From Chiloscyllium plagiosum (taxonomy: Eukaryota), in contig NC_057749.1 of assembly GCF_004010195.1 (NCBI RefSeq), positions 24,554,175-24,609,004 on the forward strand: a stretch of DNA of 54,830 nt, read 5' to 3'. The notes under the pieces are model-generated. The model saw nothing but the letters and a program-made list of their open reading frames with translations, was not told where the DNA came from and made no database searches. The position numbers and the translations under genes were made by a program. Of the stretch, positions 34,863 to 46,492 are shown piece by piece; the first letter of the stretch is position 1; each line of letters starts with the position of its first letter.

Positions 34863-35099
34863 TCAGTGGCTCAGTGGTTAGCACTGCTGCCTTACAGCAC
34901 AGGGACCTGGGTTCAATTCCAGCCTCGGGCGACTGTGTGGAGTTTGCACATTTGCCCTGTGTCTGTGTGGGCTTCCTCCCACAATCCAAAAGATCTGTTG
35001 GTCATGGGGAATGAAGGGGGGGGGTAGCCATGAGTGGGATACCCTTCAGAGGGTCAGGATGGGCCAAATGGCCTGCCCCCACACTCTATGAACTCTATG
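34863..35099 (+). mobile_element. HE1-type V-SINE (internally deleted)
   Basis: Head, V-domain and tail. Confidence 0.82.
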
Positions 35100-35784
35100 T
35101 GAGTCGGAGCAAGTGCAATGAGTTGTTGAAGTGGATTAAAAATAGCACCATGGTGTGGGAAAAAAGTATTAATGCTTGGACTTGTCATAATTCAACCCTT
35201 TTCCTTGCAGAAAGATGGATTAACAATGCTGTTTGTTGATTGTAAAGTGAATTCGGAGGGTGGGTCACAGGATCGATGCCTGTCAAACCGAACTGCGTTG
35301 TTTGAAAAAGTTTCAATATTTCCATAACAATGTTTTTTTTAAAAACACATCCTGTTGTGATTTTGACGTCGATAGGATGTTTGTGCATCTCAGATATTCT
35401 TATGAACATTCCTAGCGGCTGGTTCCCAACACTCCCATCATTTCAATTGCCGTTATGTTATTTTTCCCACATGAACTCTCCCAACGATTTGCATACTCCC
35501 CTTTTTTAGAACCTAAGTTAGCTGAATGCTATTATTAAAGGAGACTCAACTTCAAATTATTCTAAATTTATATGGTCCTTTGGCCACTGACCCACGTCTC
35601 CTCGTGAAACATTCCCATGTCTTTTCCCACGTCCTCGTGAAAGGGGCAACATTACCTGGGGGGATCACTTAACTATTCAGTCCCTTGTTCCCAATCTCCA
35701 TGTTGTGAAGGTTTACCGAGCATAAAGCTCCCAATAGTATTGACAACACATGTCCAACATGACTCAGGGAAGACAATGGCCATT

Positions 35785-36562
35785 GAGTCATAGAGATGTA
35801 CAGCACGGAAACAGACCCTTCGGTCCAACTTGTCCATGTGAGCCAGATATCCCAACCAACCTAACCTAGTCCCACCTGCCAGCACCAAGCCCATATCCCT
35901 CCAAACTCTTCCTACTCATATACCCATCCAGATGCCTGTTAAATGCTGTAATTGTACCAGCCTCCACCACTTCCTCTGGCAGCTCATTCCATACACGTAC
36001 CACCCTCTGCTTGAAAAAGTTGCCCCTTAGGTCTCTTTTATATCTTCCCCCTCTCACCCTAAACCTATGCCCTCTAGTTCTGACTGCCCCACCCCAAGGA
36101 AAAGACTTTGTCTATTTAACCTATCCATGCCCCTCATGATTTTATAAACTTCTATAAGGTCACCCCTCAGCCTCCGACGCTCTGGGGAAAACAGCCCCAG
36201 CCTGTTCAGCCTCTCCCTTTAGCTGAAATTCTCCAACCCTGGCAACATCTTTGTAAATCTTTTCTGAACTTTCAAGTTTCACAACATCCTTCCGATAGGA
36301 AGGAGACCAGAATTGCACGCAATATTCCAACAGTGGCCTAACCAATGTCCTGTACAGCCGCAACATGACCTCCCAACTCCTGTACTCAATACTCTGACCA
36401 ATAAAGGAAAGCATACCAAATGCCTTCTTCACTATCCTATCTACCTGCAATTTCACTTTCAAGGAGCTGTGAACCTGCACTCCAAGGTCTCTTTGTTCAG
36501 CAACACTCCCTAGGACCTTACCATTAAAAGTGTATAAGTCCTGCTAAGACTTGCTTTTCCAA
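35785..36562 (-). mobile_element. CR1 (HER1-type) LINE 3' fragment
   Basis: QVDRIVKKAFGMLSFIGQSIEYRSWEVMLRLYRTLVRPLLEYCVQFWSP. Confidence 0.93.
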
Positions 36563-36878
36563 ATGGTATGGTGACAGGTTTATGGGGCTTGTAATCCAAG
36601 CTAATGTTCTAAGGAAGTGTCACTGGGCTGGTCTGGGGTGGGGGCACGGTGGCTCAGTTGTTACCACTGCTGCCTCCCAGCATCAGGGTCCTGGATTTGA
36701 TTCCAGCCTTGGGCCACTGTCTGTGTGGAGTTTGTACATTCTCCCCGTGTCTGCGCGGGTTTCCTCCGGGTGCTCAGGTTTCCTCCCACAGTCCTAAGAT
36801 GTGCAGGTTAAGGTGGATTGGCCATACTAAATTGCCCACACCGTTCATGGATGTGTAGGCTAGGTACATTAGTTAGGG

Positions 36879-36978
36879 CTGAAAATGTGTTGCTGGAAAA
36901 GCGCAGCAGGTCAGGCAGCATCCAGGGAACAGGAGAATCGACGTTTCGGGCATAAGCCCTTCTTCAGGATTCTCCTCC
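36879..36978 (-). mobile_element. 100-bp PLE-derived element (family A)
   Basis: Exact 14-bp TSD tacattagttaggg at 36865-36878 and 36979-36992. Confidence 0.92.
36931..36976 (-). ncRNA. Complete minimal type I hammerhead with a 9-bp stem I
   Basis: Minus strand aggagaatc-CTGAAGA-a-gggc-ttat-gccc-GAAAC-GTC-gattctcct. Confidence 0.85.
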
Positions 36979-37129
36979 TACATTAGTTAGGGGAAATGTA
37001 GAGTAATAGGGTAGGGTTGGGGAATGGGTGTGGTGGGCTACTCTTGGGGGGGGGGGGGGGTCGGTGTGCATTTGTTGGGCCGAATGTTCAAAAGAATACA
37101 CTGTTTCCACACTGTAGGTGTTCTACAAT

Positions 37130-37475
37130 TCTCTGATTTCTCTCCACAGATGCTGCCAGACCTGATACACATTCCCAGCAGTTTCTGTTTTCGTTTCTAG
37201 TGCTCAGGAATATAGGTTCGAATCCCATGGCAGCTGCTGGAGGAATTTACATTTGATTAATCGCTCTGGAATTACAAACTGTTCTGATATGGTCCTGTCA
37301 GATTGCAGGCCCACGTTCCATTGACGAACCTTTACACTGTACGGCTGGGAATCAGCGATCAACATGTCTGTTTACAGCCAAAATAGAGGTTGCTGGGAAA
37401 GCTCAGCAGGTCCGGCAGCGTCTGTGGAGAGAAATCAGAGTCAGGGTTTTGGGTCCATTGAACCTTTCTCAGAAC
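37130..37475. mobile_element. Two decayed pLTR-like fragments of a related family (37130-37200 +, 37380-37475 -)
   Basis: tctctccacagatgctgccagacctg motif and its reverse complement; another copy at about 47425-47515; core degenerate. Confidence 0.55.
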
Positions 37476-37724
37476 TTTGTGTCTGCAAGATGTGCAGCAG
37501 TGACTTGGGAAAGTGTCTTCAACAGCATCTTCCAAATATTTGGCTGTTTCTTCTTCCTCAGGGGACCAGGGCTTGGGAATGTTAACAGTTCCACAGTCCC
37601 CCGCCAAGTTGGCACATCATCCCGACTTGGCACCTCATCACCATTCCCTCGCTGGCACTGGGGCTAAAGCCTGCAACTCACGACATAACCATCCTGAGGG
37701 TGTGTTTATAGCAAGAGATTCAAG

Positions 37725-38170
37725 GGTTTTAGTTATAAGGAGAGGCTGAATAGGCTGGGCCTACACTCCCTGGAGCATAAGAGGCTGAGGGGTGACCTTA
37801 TAAAGGTTAATAAAATCATGAGGGGCATGGATAAGGTGACTAGCCAAGGCCTTTCCTGAGGGTAGGGGAGTCCAAAACCAGAGGGGATAGGTTTAGGGTG
37901 AGAGGGGAAAGATTTAAAAAGGAGCTGAGGGGCAACATTTTCACGCAGAGGGTGGTGTATGTATGGAATGAGCTGTCACTGGAAGTGTTGGAGGCTGGTA
38001 CGATTACAACATTTAAAAGGTATTTGGGTAAGTACACAGACAGGAAAGGCCTAGAGGGAAATGGGACGCATGCGGGCAAATGGAACTGGTCTGGTTTGGG
38101 AAAGCTGGTCAGCATGAATGAATTGGGTCAAAAGGCCTGTTTCCATGCTGTATGAATCTATCACTCTTAG
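37725..38170 (+). mobile_element. CR1 LINE 3' fragment
   Basis: RGERFKKELRGNIFTQRVVYVWNEL. Confidence 0.9.
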
Positions 38171-38332
38171 ACTCATCACATACCTCTCAGGAACGATTTA
38201 GAGATAGGCAATAAATTGGAGGCATTATCAGTGACACCCACACCCTAATGCTGAGTCTTATTGAAATAGACATAGTAATAAAGTAATAAAGTTCATTAGT
38301 TTTTGATGTAAGAAGCACGTAGTGGTGAAACC

Positions 38333-38632
38333 TTAGTAGTTTAGTGGTTAGCACTGCTGCCTCACAGTGCCAGGGACCCGAGTTTGATTCCAGCCTCAGA
38401 CGTCTTTCTGTGTGGAGTTTGCACATTCTCCCCGTGTCTGCATGGGTTACCTCCAGGTGCTCCGGTTTCCTCCCACAGTCCAAAGATGTACAGGTTAGGG
38501 TGGATTGGCTGTGCTAAGGTGTCCAGGGATGTGTAGCCAAGTGGGTTAGCCATGGGAAATACAGGGTAACAGGGTCTTCGGTAGTTTGGCATGGGCTGAA
38601 TGGTCTGCTTCTGCACTGTAGGTATTCTATGA
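38333..38632 (+). mobile_element. HE1-type V-SINE
   Basis: Head, V-domain and tail. Confidence 0.88.
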
Positions 38633-38894
38633 CCTTAACCTGACTTCAGGACACCCCAAAGCATTTATGGATCAGTTATGGGGGTTGGATCAGTTGGACA
38701 AACTCAGCAGTTAATTTTTGCATTACAAGTAACAATACAAGTCAGAAGGCAAGGCATAAATCAGGTTCTCAGTGATCACGCAGTTAAAAATATGACATTA
38801 TCTGTGTCCATGCATGAGGCATACTTCAGAAATTTGAGCTAGCCTGAATTAGACCCAGACCAAAACACCAAATGCTGGACTGAAATGAATACAG

Positions 38895-39113
38895 CCAAGA
38901 TTAGAGTAGTGCTGGAAAAGCACAGCAGGTCAGGCAGCATCCAAGGAGCAGGAAAATCGACGTTTCGGGCAAAAGCCCTTCATTCCTGATGAAAGACTTA
39001 TGCCCGAAATGTCGATTTTCCTGCTCCTCGGATGCTGCCTGACCTGCTGTGCCTTTCCAGCGCTACTCTAATCTTGACTCGAATCTCCAGCATCTGCAGT
39101 ACCCATTTCTGCC
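38895..39113. mobile_element. Short self-inverted PLE-derived element (family A)
   Basis: Inverted arms of about 85 bp. 15-bp TSD ctgaaatgaat(a/c)cag at 38880-38894 and 39114-39128. Mutated hammerhead core at 38986-39013. Confidence 0.9.
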
Positions 39114-39731
39114 CTGAAATGAATCCAGTCAGTGTATGACTGTGCCCTTACAGACATGCACACAACAATCGTGGGAAAACCTCCTTGGATTTTTCCAGCT
39201 TTTTATTTTTGGATGTGATTGTCTCTGGTTGCACGGGCTATAGAACCGCAGCGTACCTTTTTAAAGCTGTTAATGGGATGTGAGGGCTTTGACCATGACT
39301 TGTTTCAGGTGACCAAGCTGAGTTGTTCGCTGTCAGGTAGAATCTGGAATGTGGTGTGGGGGGGGGGGGGGTTGAGAACAAGCCGTAGAATCGTACCATA
39401 CAGCAGATGCCCTTCGGCCCATCAGGTCTGTACCGTCCATGAACCCATTTTGCGACGTGGGCTCAGACTTCCACGTGCAATGTCGCAACTCGGCGTTCTT
39501 GTTGTCCGCCTGCCTTGCGAGGAGTGACTGCCCACTGGTGGAGGGTGTCGGTCTTGCAGATATTCAGGGTGGGACCCATGCTCTCATGTGTCTCTGGACG
39601 GTGGTCTGGAGTACATCCTCTGAGACTGCACATACTCTGCGGTAGCTGCATCGGGTCAATGCTGCAGCACCCTACGGACTCACCCCGAGAGTGGAAATCT
39701 CCGTCTGTCAGGGGCCGCTGATGATGATCAC

Positions 39732-39841
39732 GTCAGAAGTCACATGACACCAGGTTTCAAATAAACCTGTTGGACTATAACCTGGAGTCATGTGACTTCT
39801 GACTTTGTCCACCCCAGCCCATCACCGGCACCTCCACATCA
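39732..39841. mobile_element. Short self-inverted element (family E)
   Basis: 39732-39756 pairs with 39779-39803 (1 mismatch); asymmetric tail ...ggcacctccacatca. Confidence 0.7.
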
Positions 39842-40022
39842 CGATGATGGTGAAGGTGACTGTATAATTATAAAATCGACACCATGTGCTTCTGTATGAC
39901 CCAGGATATCTGTTTGGGATAATTCATTTTACTTCAGAGAAGGGAGATTTTAAACAATTCTTTCATGGCTCATGGGCATCATTAGTTGGGCCAGCATTTG
40001 CTGCTCATCCAGAATTGGCCTG

Positions 40023-40151
40023 AGTCAGAAGTCACATGTTTCAGAGCGCTGCTCCTTCCAGTGATTTCAAATAAACTTGTCGGACTATAACCTGGTGTCA
40101 CGTGACTTCTGACTTTGCTCACGCCAACCCAATACCGGCATCTCCACATCA
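40023..40151. mobile_element. Short self-inverted element (family E)
   Basis: Same arms and tail as 39732. The centre keeps minus-strand GA-aggagcagcgctct-GAAA, a hammerhead stem II remnant. Confidence 0.68.
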
Positions 40152-40221
40152 CGATGATGGCAATGGGGACTGTCCACAGCAGAAGGGAGAATGCAAACTT
40201 GAATTCCAAACAAAAAGATTG

Positions 40222-40755
40222 AATCATAGAACCGTAGAAATGATACAGCACAGAGGGGAGGCCATTTGACCAATCTTGTGCATGTCAACTCAAAGACACC
40301 CAGATGCTCTTTCTAATCCCATCTTCCTGCACACACAGCCCATGGCTCTGCAGCTTACAGCATGTAAGGTGCAGATCCAGGTACATTTTGAAAGAGTTCA
40401 GGGCCTCTGCCTCTGCTACCAACACAGGCAACACTTTCCAGACTCCCATCATCCTCCGCGTGAAAAGAAAACTCTTCCTCATGTCCCCTTGAATCTGCAA
40501 CCCCTGGTTTTTGAATTCTCTGCCAGGGGAAACAGGTACCTCATGTCTACTGTGTCTCCAACCCTCACAATTTAACATACTTCAATCCTGTTACCCCTCA
40601 GCCCTCTCTGTTCCAAAGAAAGCGACTCCAACTTCTCCTCGTAAGCTGCAGTTCTCCAACACTGGCAACATCCTAGTGAATCTTCTCAGCACTCTCTCCA
40701 GAGCAATTATGCCCTTCCTGTAATACGATGACCAGGACTGCACACAATACTCAGC
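40222..40755 (-). mobile_element. Decayed CR1 3' fragment
   Basis: FTRRMMGVWKVLP...LNSFKMYLD. Confidence 0.78.
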
Positions 40756-40914
40756 AGAGTCTTCAGTCTCTGGAAAGGGACTAAAAATTCAGCCTTGCTG
40801 TTAAATTAAAGGCACTAATTCAGCCTCAGGGCTGCACACATTTTGATTCTGGATTAATGTATCATGCAAAAGTTGCCATTCAAAGTCCCTACTCACTATC
40901 CCATCCACTATCCT

Positions 40915-41330
40915 GAGGTTGGAGGACTTGATTTCTAAGGAAAGGCTGGATAGTCTGGGACTCCTATCCCTGGAGCGTAGGAGGTTGAGGATTCCCTTTA
41001 TAAAGGTTTATAAGATCAAGACGGGCGTAGATAAGGTGAATGACAAATGTCTTTTCCCCCGGGTAGGGGTGTCCAAAACTAGAGGGCATAGGTTTAAGGT
41101 GAGGGGGAGGGAAAGATTTAAAAAGGACCTGAGGGGCAATTTCTTCACATAGAGTGGTGTGTATAACATGCCAGAGGCAGGTACAATTACAACACAAAAA
41201 GCCATTTGGACAGGCACATGGATTGGAAGGGTTTAGAGGGATATGGGCCAAATGCAGGCAAATGGGACTGGTGATGGTTCCCGTGGATGAGTTGGGCTGA
41301 AGGGCCTGTTTCCATGCTGTATGACTCTGT
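40915..41330 (+). mobile_element. CR1 LINE 3' fragment
   Basis: LGLLSLERRRLR...TRGHRFKVRG. Confidence 0.88.
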
Positions 41331-41835
41331 GAAATCTCCTTCAAAGCAAGTTGTACTGTTAGCTGTGAGCTGTGTCTATGTTGTGTATCCTTGGTTCTCA
41401 AAAGTGACTCAAGGTTCAACTCTCAGCATAGTTCTTTCCAAGTCTCTATAAACAGCCACCCGTGGGACATGACAGAGAAAGCCACATACAATGGAACTTC
41501 ATCTGAAAATAAATATTGTGCAACTCTGCTGGGATTTGCCCACATCTTTTCTCCAACAGATATATTTAGGGCTCTCAGCTATGATGAGCGACACTGGGTT
41601 TTGTTTATTTGGCTGTTTCTTCAGGACAATGAGAGGCCTTCAGATGGCAATCCAGATGTTGAAGATAAACAAATCTGTTTCGGATTAATTTGCGGCCACC
41701 CAGTTCCGCGTTTGTTGCCTCGCTCTGTTGCTATTGTCTGCAGTCTGGGATCGATCCCCTCTCCAGTGCTGGTATCAGGCACAGCTCAGTGGCTATCTCC
41801 CTTTCATCTCAGTGTTAGCGAGGCTGCGGGGGAGG

Positions 41836-42093
41836 GGGAGGGGGGCCTTAACCTTTCCTGGGGACAAAAACCTAGGTACCCTCTGCAGTACCAGAGAGGT
41901 GCTGCATTGCCATTGCTTCAGTTCCATCTGTTAAACTCTCTCGGTGCACACACTCTTGTTTGTGAGGACAACAAGGGAGGGGGGCCTTAACCTTTCCTGG
42001 GGACAAAAACCAGAGAGGTGCTGCATTGCCATTGCTTCAGTTCCATCTGTTAAACTCTCTCGGTGCACACACTCTTGTTTGTGAGGACAACAA
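41836..42093. repeat. Tandem duplication, 139 bp + 119 bp
   Basis: 41836-41974 versus 41975-42093, identical except for 20 bp absent from copy 2. Confidence 0.92.
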
Positions 42094-42937
42094 CTCGACT
42101 CTGAGAGTAACTGAACAGCAGTTGAGGACAGGAAATGACTGAGTAGGGTGGAGATGATGTCTCGTTCACTCCTGCTTATATCTTCTGGCTTCCCATCTTG
42201 AATCTGGCTTTTACACCACTTCACACCAAGAGTCTTCATCAAGGCAGGGATATGGGCCAAGCACAGGTGAATGGGACTACTTCGGTTCAGGAAACCTGGA
42301 TGAGTTGGGCCGAAGGGCCTGTTTCTATTACTCTGAGGCAGGATGGATTCGAAGTGTCAGCTGGTGAAGCTGAGGAAGTGTATAGTCACGGAAACGGTTC
42401 GGAAATGCCAACTAAGTTTATGCCGCACACTACACCAACACCCATTGTGTCTCAGGCCTGAGGTTCAGCAGTGGCCCTTCGCACCGTAGTCCTTACAATA
42501 AAAGAAGGCCAAAAGACCTGCATTTCTGTAGCCCCGTTGGTCACCTTGGAGGCATCCCAAAGTGCTTCACGGGCAATGAAATATTGAAGATCCTTATGGG
42601 ACGACTTGATAAGGTGGATATTTCCCTATGTGGGAGACCAGGCCCACGGGACGCAGCTTTAAAAATAAGATGTCTTCTCGAAGGTGAGAAGATTGTTTGG
42701 TGTTCAGAGAGTTGTAAGCCTTTGGCACTCTCTTCTTTGGAGAGCAAAAGAGTTGAACATTTTGAATGGATAGATTCTTGACTGACAACGGTGTCAAAGG
42801 GTATTGGGAATGGGTGGGAACTAGAGCTGGGGGTCACACCCAGATTGGTCATGACTATACTGAATGGTGCAGGAAGCGCAATGGGCTGAATGGCCAACTG
42901 TTGCTTCATGGATTGCTTTTCTGTAATCCAGAGATCC

Positions 42938-43635
42938 GGGATAGTAATCCAGTAAACCCCGCTAATCATCTAGTGATCTGAGATAGTAATCCAGTGAGTT
43001 AGGATAGTCATCCACAGGACTGGGTTAGTAATCCAGTGATCTGGGATATTAATCCAGTGATCTGGGATAGTCATCCACAGAATTGGGATAATAATCCAGT
43101 GATCTGGGATATTAATCCAGTGATCTGGGATATTAATCCAGTGATCTGGGATAGTCATCTCTGGGATATTAATCCAGTGATCTGGGATAGTCATCCGCAG
43201 AATTGGGATAATAATCCAGTGATCTGGGATAGTAATCCAGTGATCTGGGATAGCGCAGCAGGTCAGGCAGCATCCAAGGAGCAGGAGAATCGACGTTTCG
43301 GCATGAGCCCAGGCTCATGCCTGAAACGTCGATTCTCCTGCTCCTTGATTGCTGCCTGACCTGCTGCGCTTTTCCAGCAACACATTTTCAGCTCTGATCT
43401 CCAGCATCTGCAGTCCTCACTTTCTCCTAGTGATCTGGGATAGTCATCTACAGAATTGGGATAATAATCCAGTGATCTGGGATAGTAATCCACATAACTG
43501 GGATAATAATACAGTGATCTGGATAGTAATCTAGTGATCTGGGATAGTAATCTAGTGATTTGGGATAGTAATTTAGTAAGGTAGGCTAGTAATCCAGCAA
43601 TCTAGGCTAGTAAGACAGAGATCTGGGACAGCAAT
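42938..43635. repeat. 21-bp minisatellite interrupted by a family A element
   Basis: Unit agtaatccagtgatctgggat. Confidence 0.93.
43254..43428. mobile_element. Short self-inverted PLE-derived element (family A), CUGANGA box lost at the junction
   Basis: TSD agtgatctgggatag at 43239-43253 and 43429-43443 (within the array, so the length is ambiguous); inverted arms; full tail. Confidence 0.88.
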
Positions 43636-44026
43636 CCAGGAGTCCGACATCAAGTCCCCTGTCAGTAGGAGCAGATTTTAATTCAATCAATTAATACTGG
43701 AGTTAAAAGGCTAACCTCAGTGATGGTGACATGGAAACATAGAAAATAGGAACATACATAGGCCATTCAGCCCTTCAAACCTACTCCACCATACACTGTG
43801 ATCATGGCTGATCATCCTGTCTCCACCATCTTCCATACCCTTTGATTCCTTTACCCCATAACCACTATATCAGCCTCAAACAACTGGGTTATTGTAAACA
43901 TCTCCAAAATAGACTAGCAAACAATTCAGTTCACCCCAAACCTCCCAAGAATTATTAAGGAAAGGCAATAAATTCTGACTTTGCCTGAACTGCACAAATC
44001 TTGTCAATTAACATACTAAAGGAGCA

Positions 44027-44838
44027 TAGAGTCACAGACTCATAGAGATATGCAGGACGGAAATAGACCCTTCGGTCCAACCCATCCATGCCGACCAGAT
44101 ATTCCAACCCAATCTAGTCCCACCTGCCAGCACCTGGCCCATATCCTTCCAAACCCTTCCTATTCATATATCCATCCAAATGCCTCTCAAAAGTTGCAAT
44201 TGTACCAGTCTCCACCACTTCCTCTGGCAGCTCATTCCATACACGTACCACCCACTGCATGAAAAAGTTGCCCCTTAGGTCTCTTTTATATCTTTCCCCT
44301 CTCACCTTAAAGCTATACTCTCATTCTGGACTCCACCAACCCCAGGGGAAAGACTTTGTCAATTTACCCTATCCATACCCCTCATGATTTTATAAACCTC
44401 TATAAAGTCACCCCTCAGACTCCAATGCTCCAGGGAAAACAGCCCCAGCCTGTTCAGCCTCTCCCTGTAGCTCAGATCCTCCAACCCTGGCAACATCCTT
44501 GTAAATCTTTTCTGAACCCTTTCAAGTTTCACAACACCTTTCCGATAGGAAGGAGACCAGAATTGCATGCAATATTCCAACAGTGGTCTAACCAATGTCC
44601 TGTACAGCCGCAACATGACCTCCCGACTTCTGTACTCAATACTCTGACCAATAAAGGAAAGCATGCCAAACACCTTCTTCACTATCCTATCTACCTGCAA
44701 CTTTACTTTACTATAAACCTGCACTCCAAGGTCTCTTTGTTCAGCAACACCCCCTAGGACCTTACCATTAGGTGTATAAATCCTGCTAAGATTGCTTTCC
44801 CAAAATGCAGCACTTCACATTTATCTGAATTCAACTCA
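44027..44838 (-). mobile_element. CR1 (HER1-type) LINE 3' fragment
   Basis: LERVQKRFTRMLPGLEDLSYRERLNRLGLFSLE. Confidence 0.93.
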
Positions 44839-45109
44839 GGTGCAGCCCATCAATTCCTATTGAACGAAGGATCCTGAAAATTGCATTGGGCGATTTGGCA
44901 TCCAAGATTTGCCAACTGGCAACCAGGCCACCTGTCCAATTTTCCTGAAATGGATCCTGTAGCGATCATGTTGGTCTATACTGTATGGCACATACAGGTG
45001 CTGTACTGAGGGCAAGCTGCTCTGTCAGCGGTGCCAGTGTCTCAGGCCTCTCTGGTAGATATAAAAGATCTCATAGCAGTATATAAGAAGAGTAGGGGAG
45101 TTCTCCTTT

Positions 45110-45960
45110 CTTTTTATTCATTTGTGGGATGTGGGCGTCGCTGGCTGGGCCCAGCATTCATTGCCCGTCCCTAGTTACCCCTTAAGAAGGCAGGGGTGCT
45201 GCCTTCTTGAACCGCTGCAGGCCATGTGCTGTAGGTTGACCCACAATGCCCTTAGGAAGGCAATTCCAGGATTTTGACCCAGCAACAGTGAAGGAACAGC
45301 GATCTATTTCTAAGTCAGGACGGTGAGTAGCTTGGAGGGCAAATTGCAGGAGGTGGTGTTCCCATGTACCTGCTGCTCTTGTCTTTCCAGATGGAAGTGG
45401 TTGTGAGTTTGGAAGGTGCTAATGAAGAGGCACTGGTGAATTTCTGTAGTGCATTCTGTACATAGTACACACTGTTGCTATTGTGTGTTGATGGTGGATG
45501 GAGTGGATGCTTATGAATGTAGTGCCAATCAAATGGGCTGCTTTGTCCTGGATGGTGTCGAGCTTCTTGAGTGTTGTTGGGGCTGCACCCATCCAGGCAA
45601 GTGGGGAGTGTTCCATTATACTCCTGACTTGTGCCTGGCAGATGGTGGACAGGTTTTAGAAAAGCCCAGTGAGGAGGCTTTCTTCCCTCCCTAATGGCAT
45701 TGTGGGTTAATCCCCAGCAAGTGGACTGCAGCGATTCAAGAAGGCAGCTCACCACCACCTTCTCAAGGGCAATTAAGGTTGGGCTATCAATGCTGGCCCA
45801 GCCAGCGACCCGCAAGTCCCGGACATTAATTTTTTAAAAATTGGGAGGTGAGTTACTTGCCGCAGTATTCCTAGCCTCTGACCTGCTCTTGTAGCCATTG
45901 TGTTCATGTGACAAATACAATTGAATTTCTGGTCAACGATGACCCCTTTGTGTCCTGACC
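45110..45960 (-). mobile_element. LINE 3' fragment of a different family (tail donor of the second SINE family), containing an inverted copy of its own tail at about 45688-45840
   Basis: HMNTMATRAGQRLGILR; MEHSPLAWMGAAPTTLKKLDTIQDKAAHLIG; tail aatgctgggcccagccagcgacgcccacatccc. Confidence 0.8.
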
Positions 45961-46492
45961 AATAGTTATTCCTTCTGTTTATCAAGACTGTGTCTCACTT
46001 CTCCATGTGGGATCCTAAGTAACTTAGGCTCATGCCAGCAAGAAGACTGGTGCCAGTGAATGTACCCAAGGTATCTCACATGGTTCTAGTGAACATGCCC
46101 ATAAGTGATGCCAAGCTGACTGAGAGGTGGATTTTGCCGAATATACCAGCGGGTACAGTTTTAGATTAAAGAGTCTCATTTAAGATGGAGCTATGGAAGG
46201 AATTCTTCTCAGAGGGTTGTGAACTTGTAAACTAAGGGTGAGAGTGAGTGGGTAGGTCAGTGGAACTGAGACCATGAAAATATCAGCCGTGATCTTATTG
46301 AATGGTGGAGCAGGCTCAAGGAGCCAGACGGCCTACTCCTGTTTCCTAGTCCTTATGTTCTTATGTTGTGCAATTGTGAGCTGTTGAGGCTGGCACATTG
46401 TATACTCTACATTCAAGGCTATTGTAGAACTTTAAGGAAATGAGGATTATGGGGAAGAGGTAGGAAGGAGAATTTGAAACCAGCCGTGGTCT

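Larger units (their letters stand above)
36640..37132 (+). mobile_element. HE1-type V-SINE carrying a family A insertion
   Basis: Head and V-domain; the body resumes after 36978. Confidence 0.88.

Noticed and set aside
41391..41990. 199-aa ORF
   Set aside because: Non-ATG start, no recognisable domain, and it runs into a tandem duplication.
42970..43534. INPVIWD-repeat ORFs
   Set aside because: The 21-bp period keeps frames open; no splice or coding evidence.
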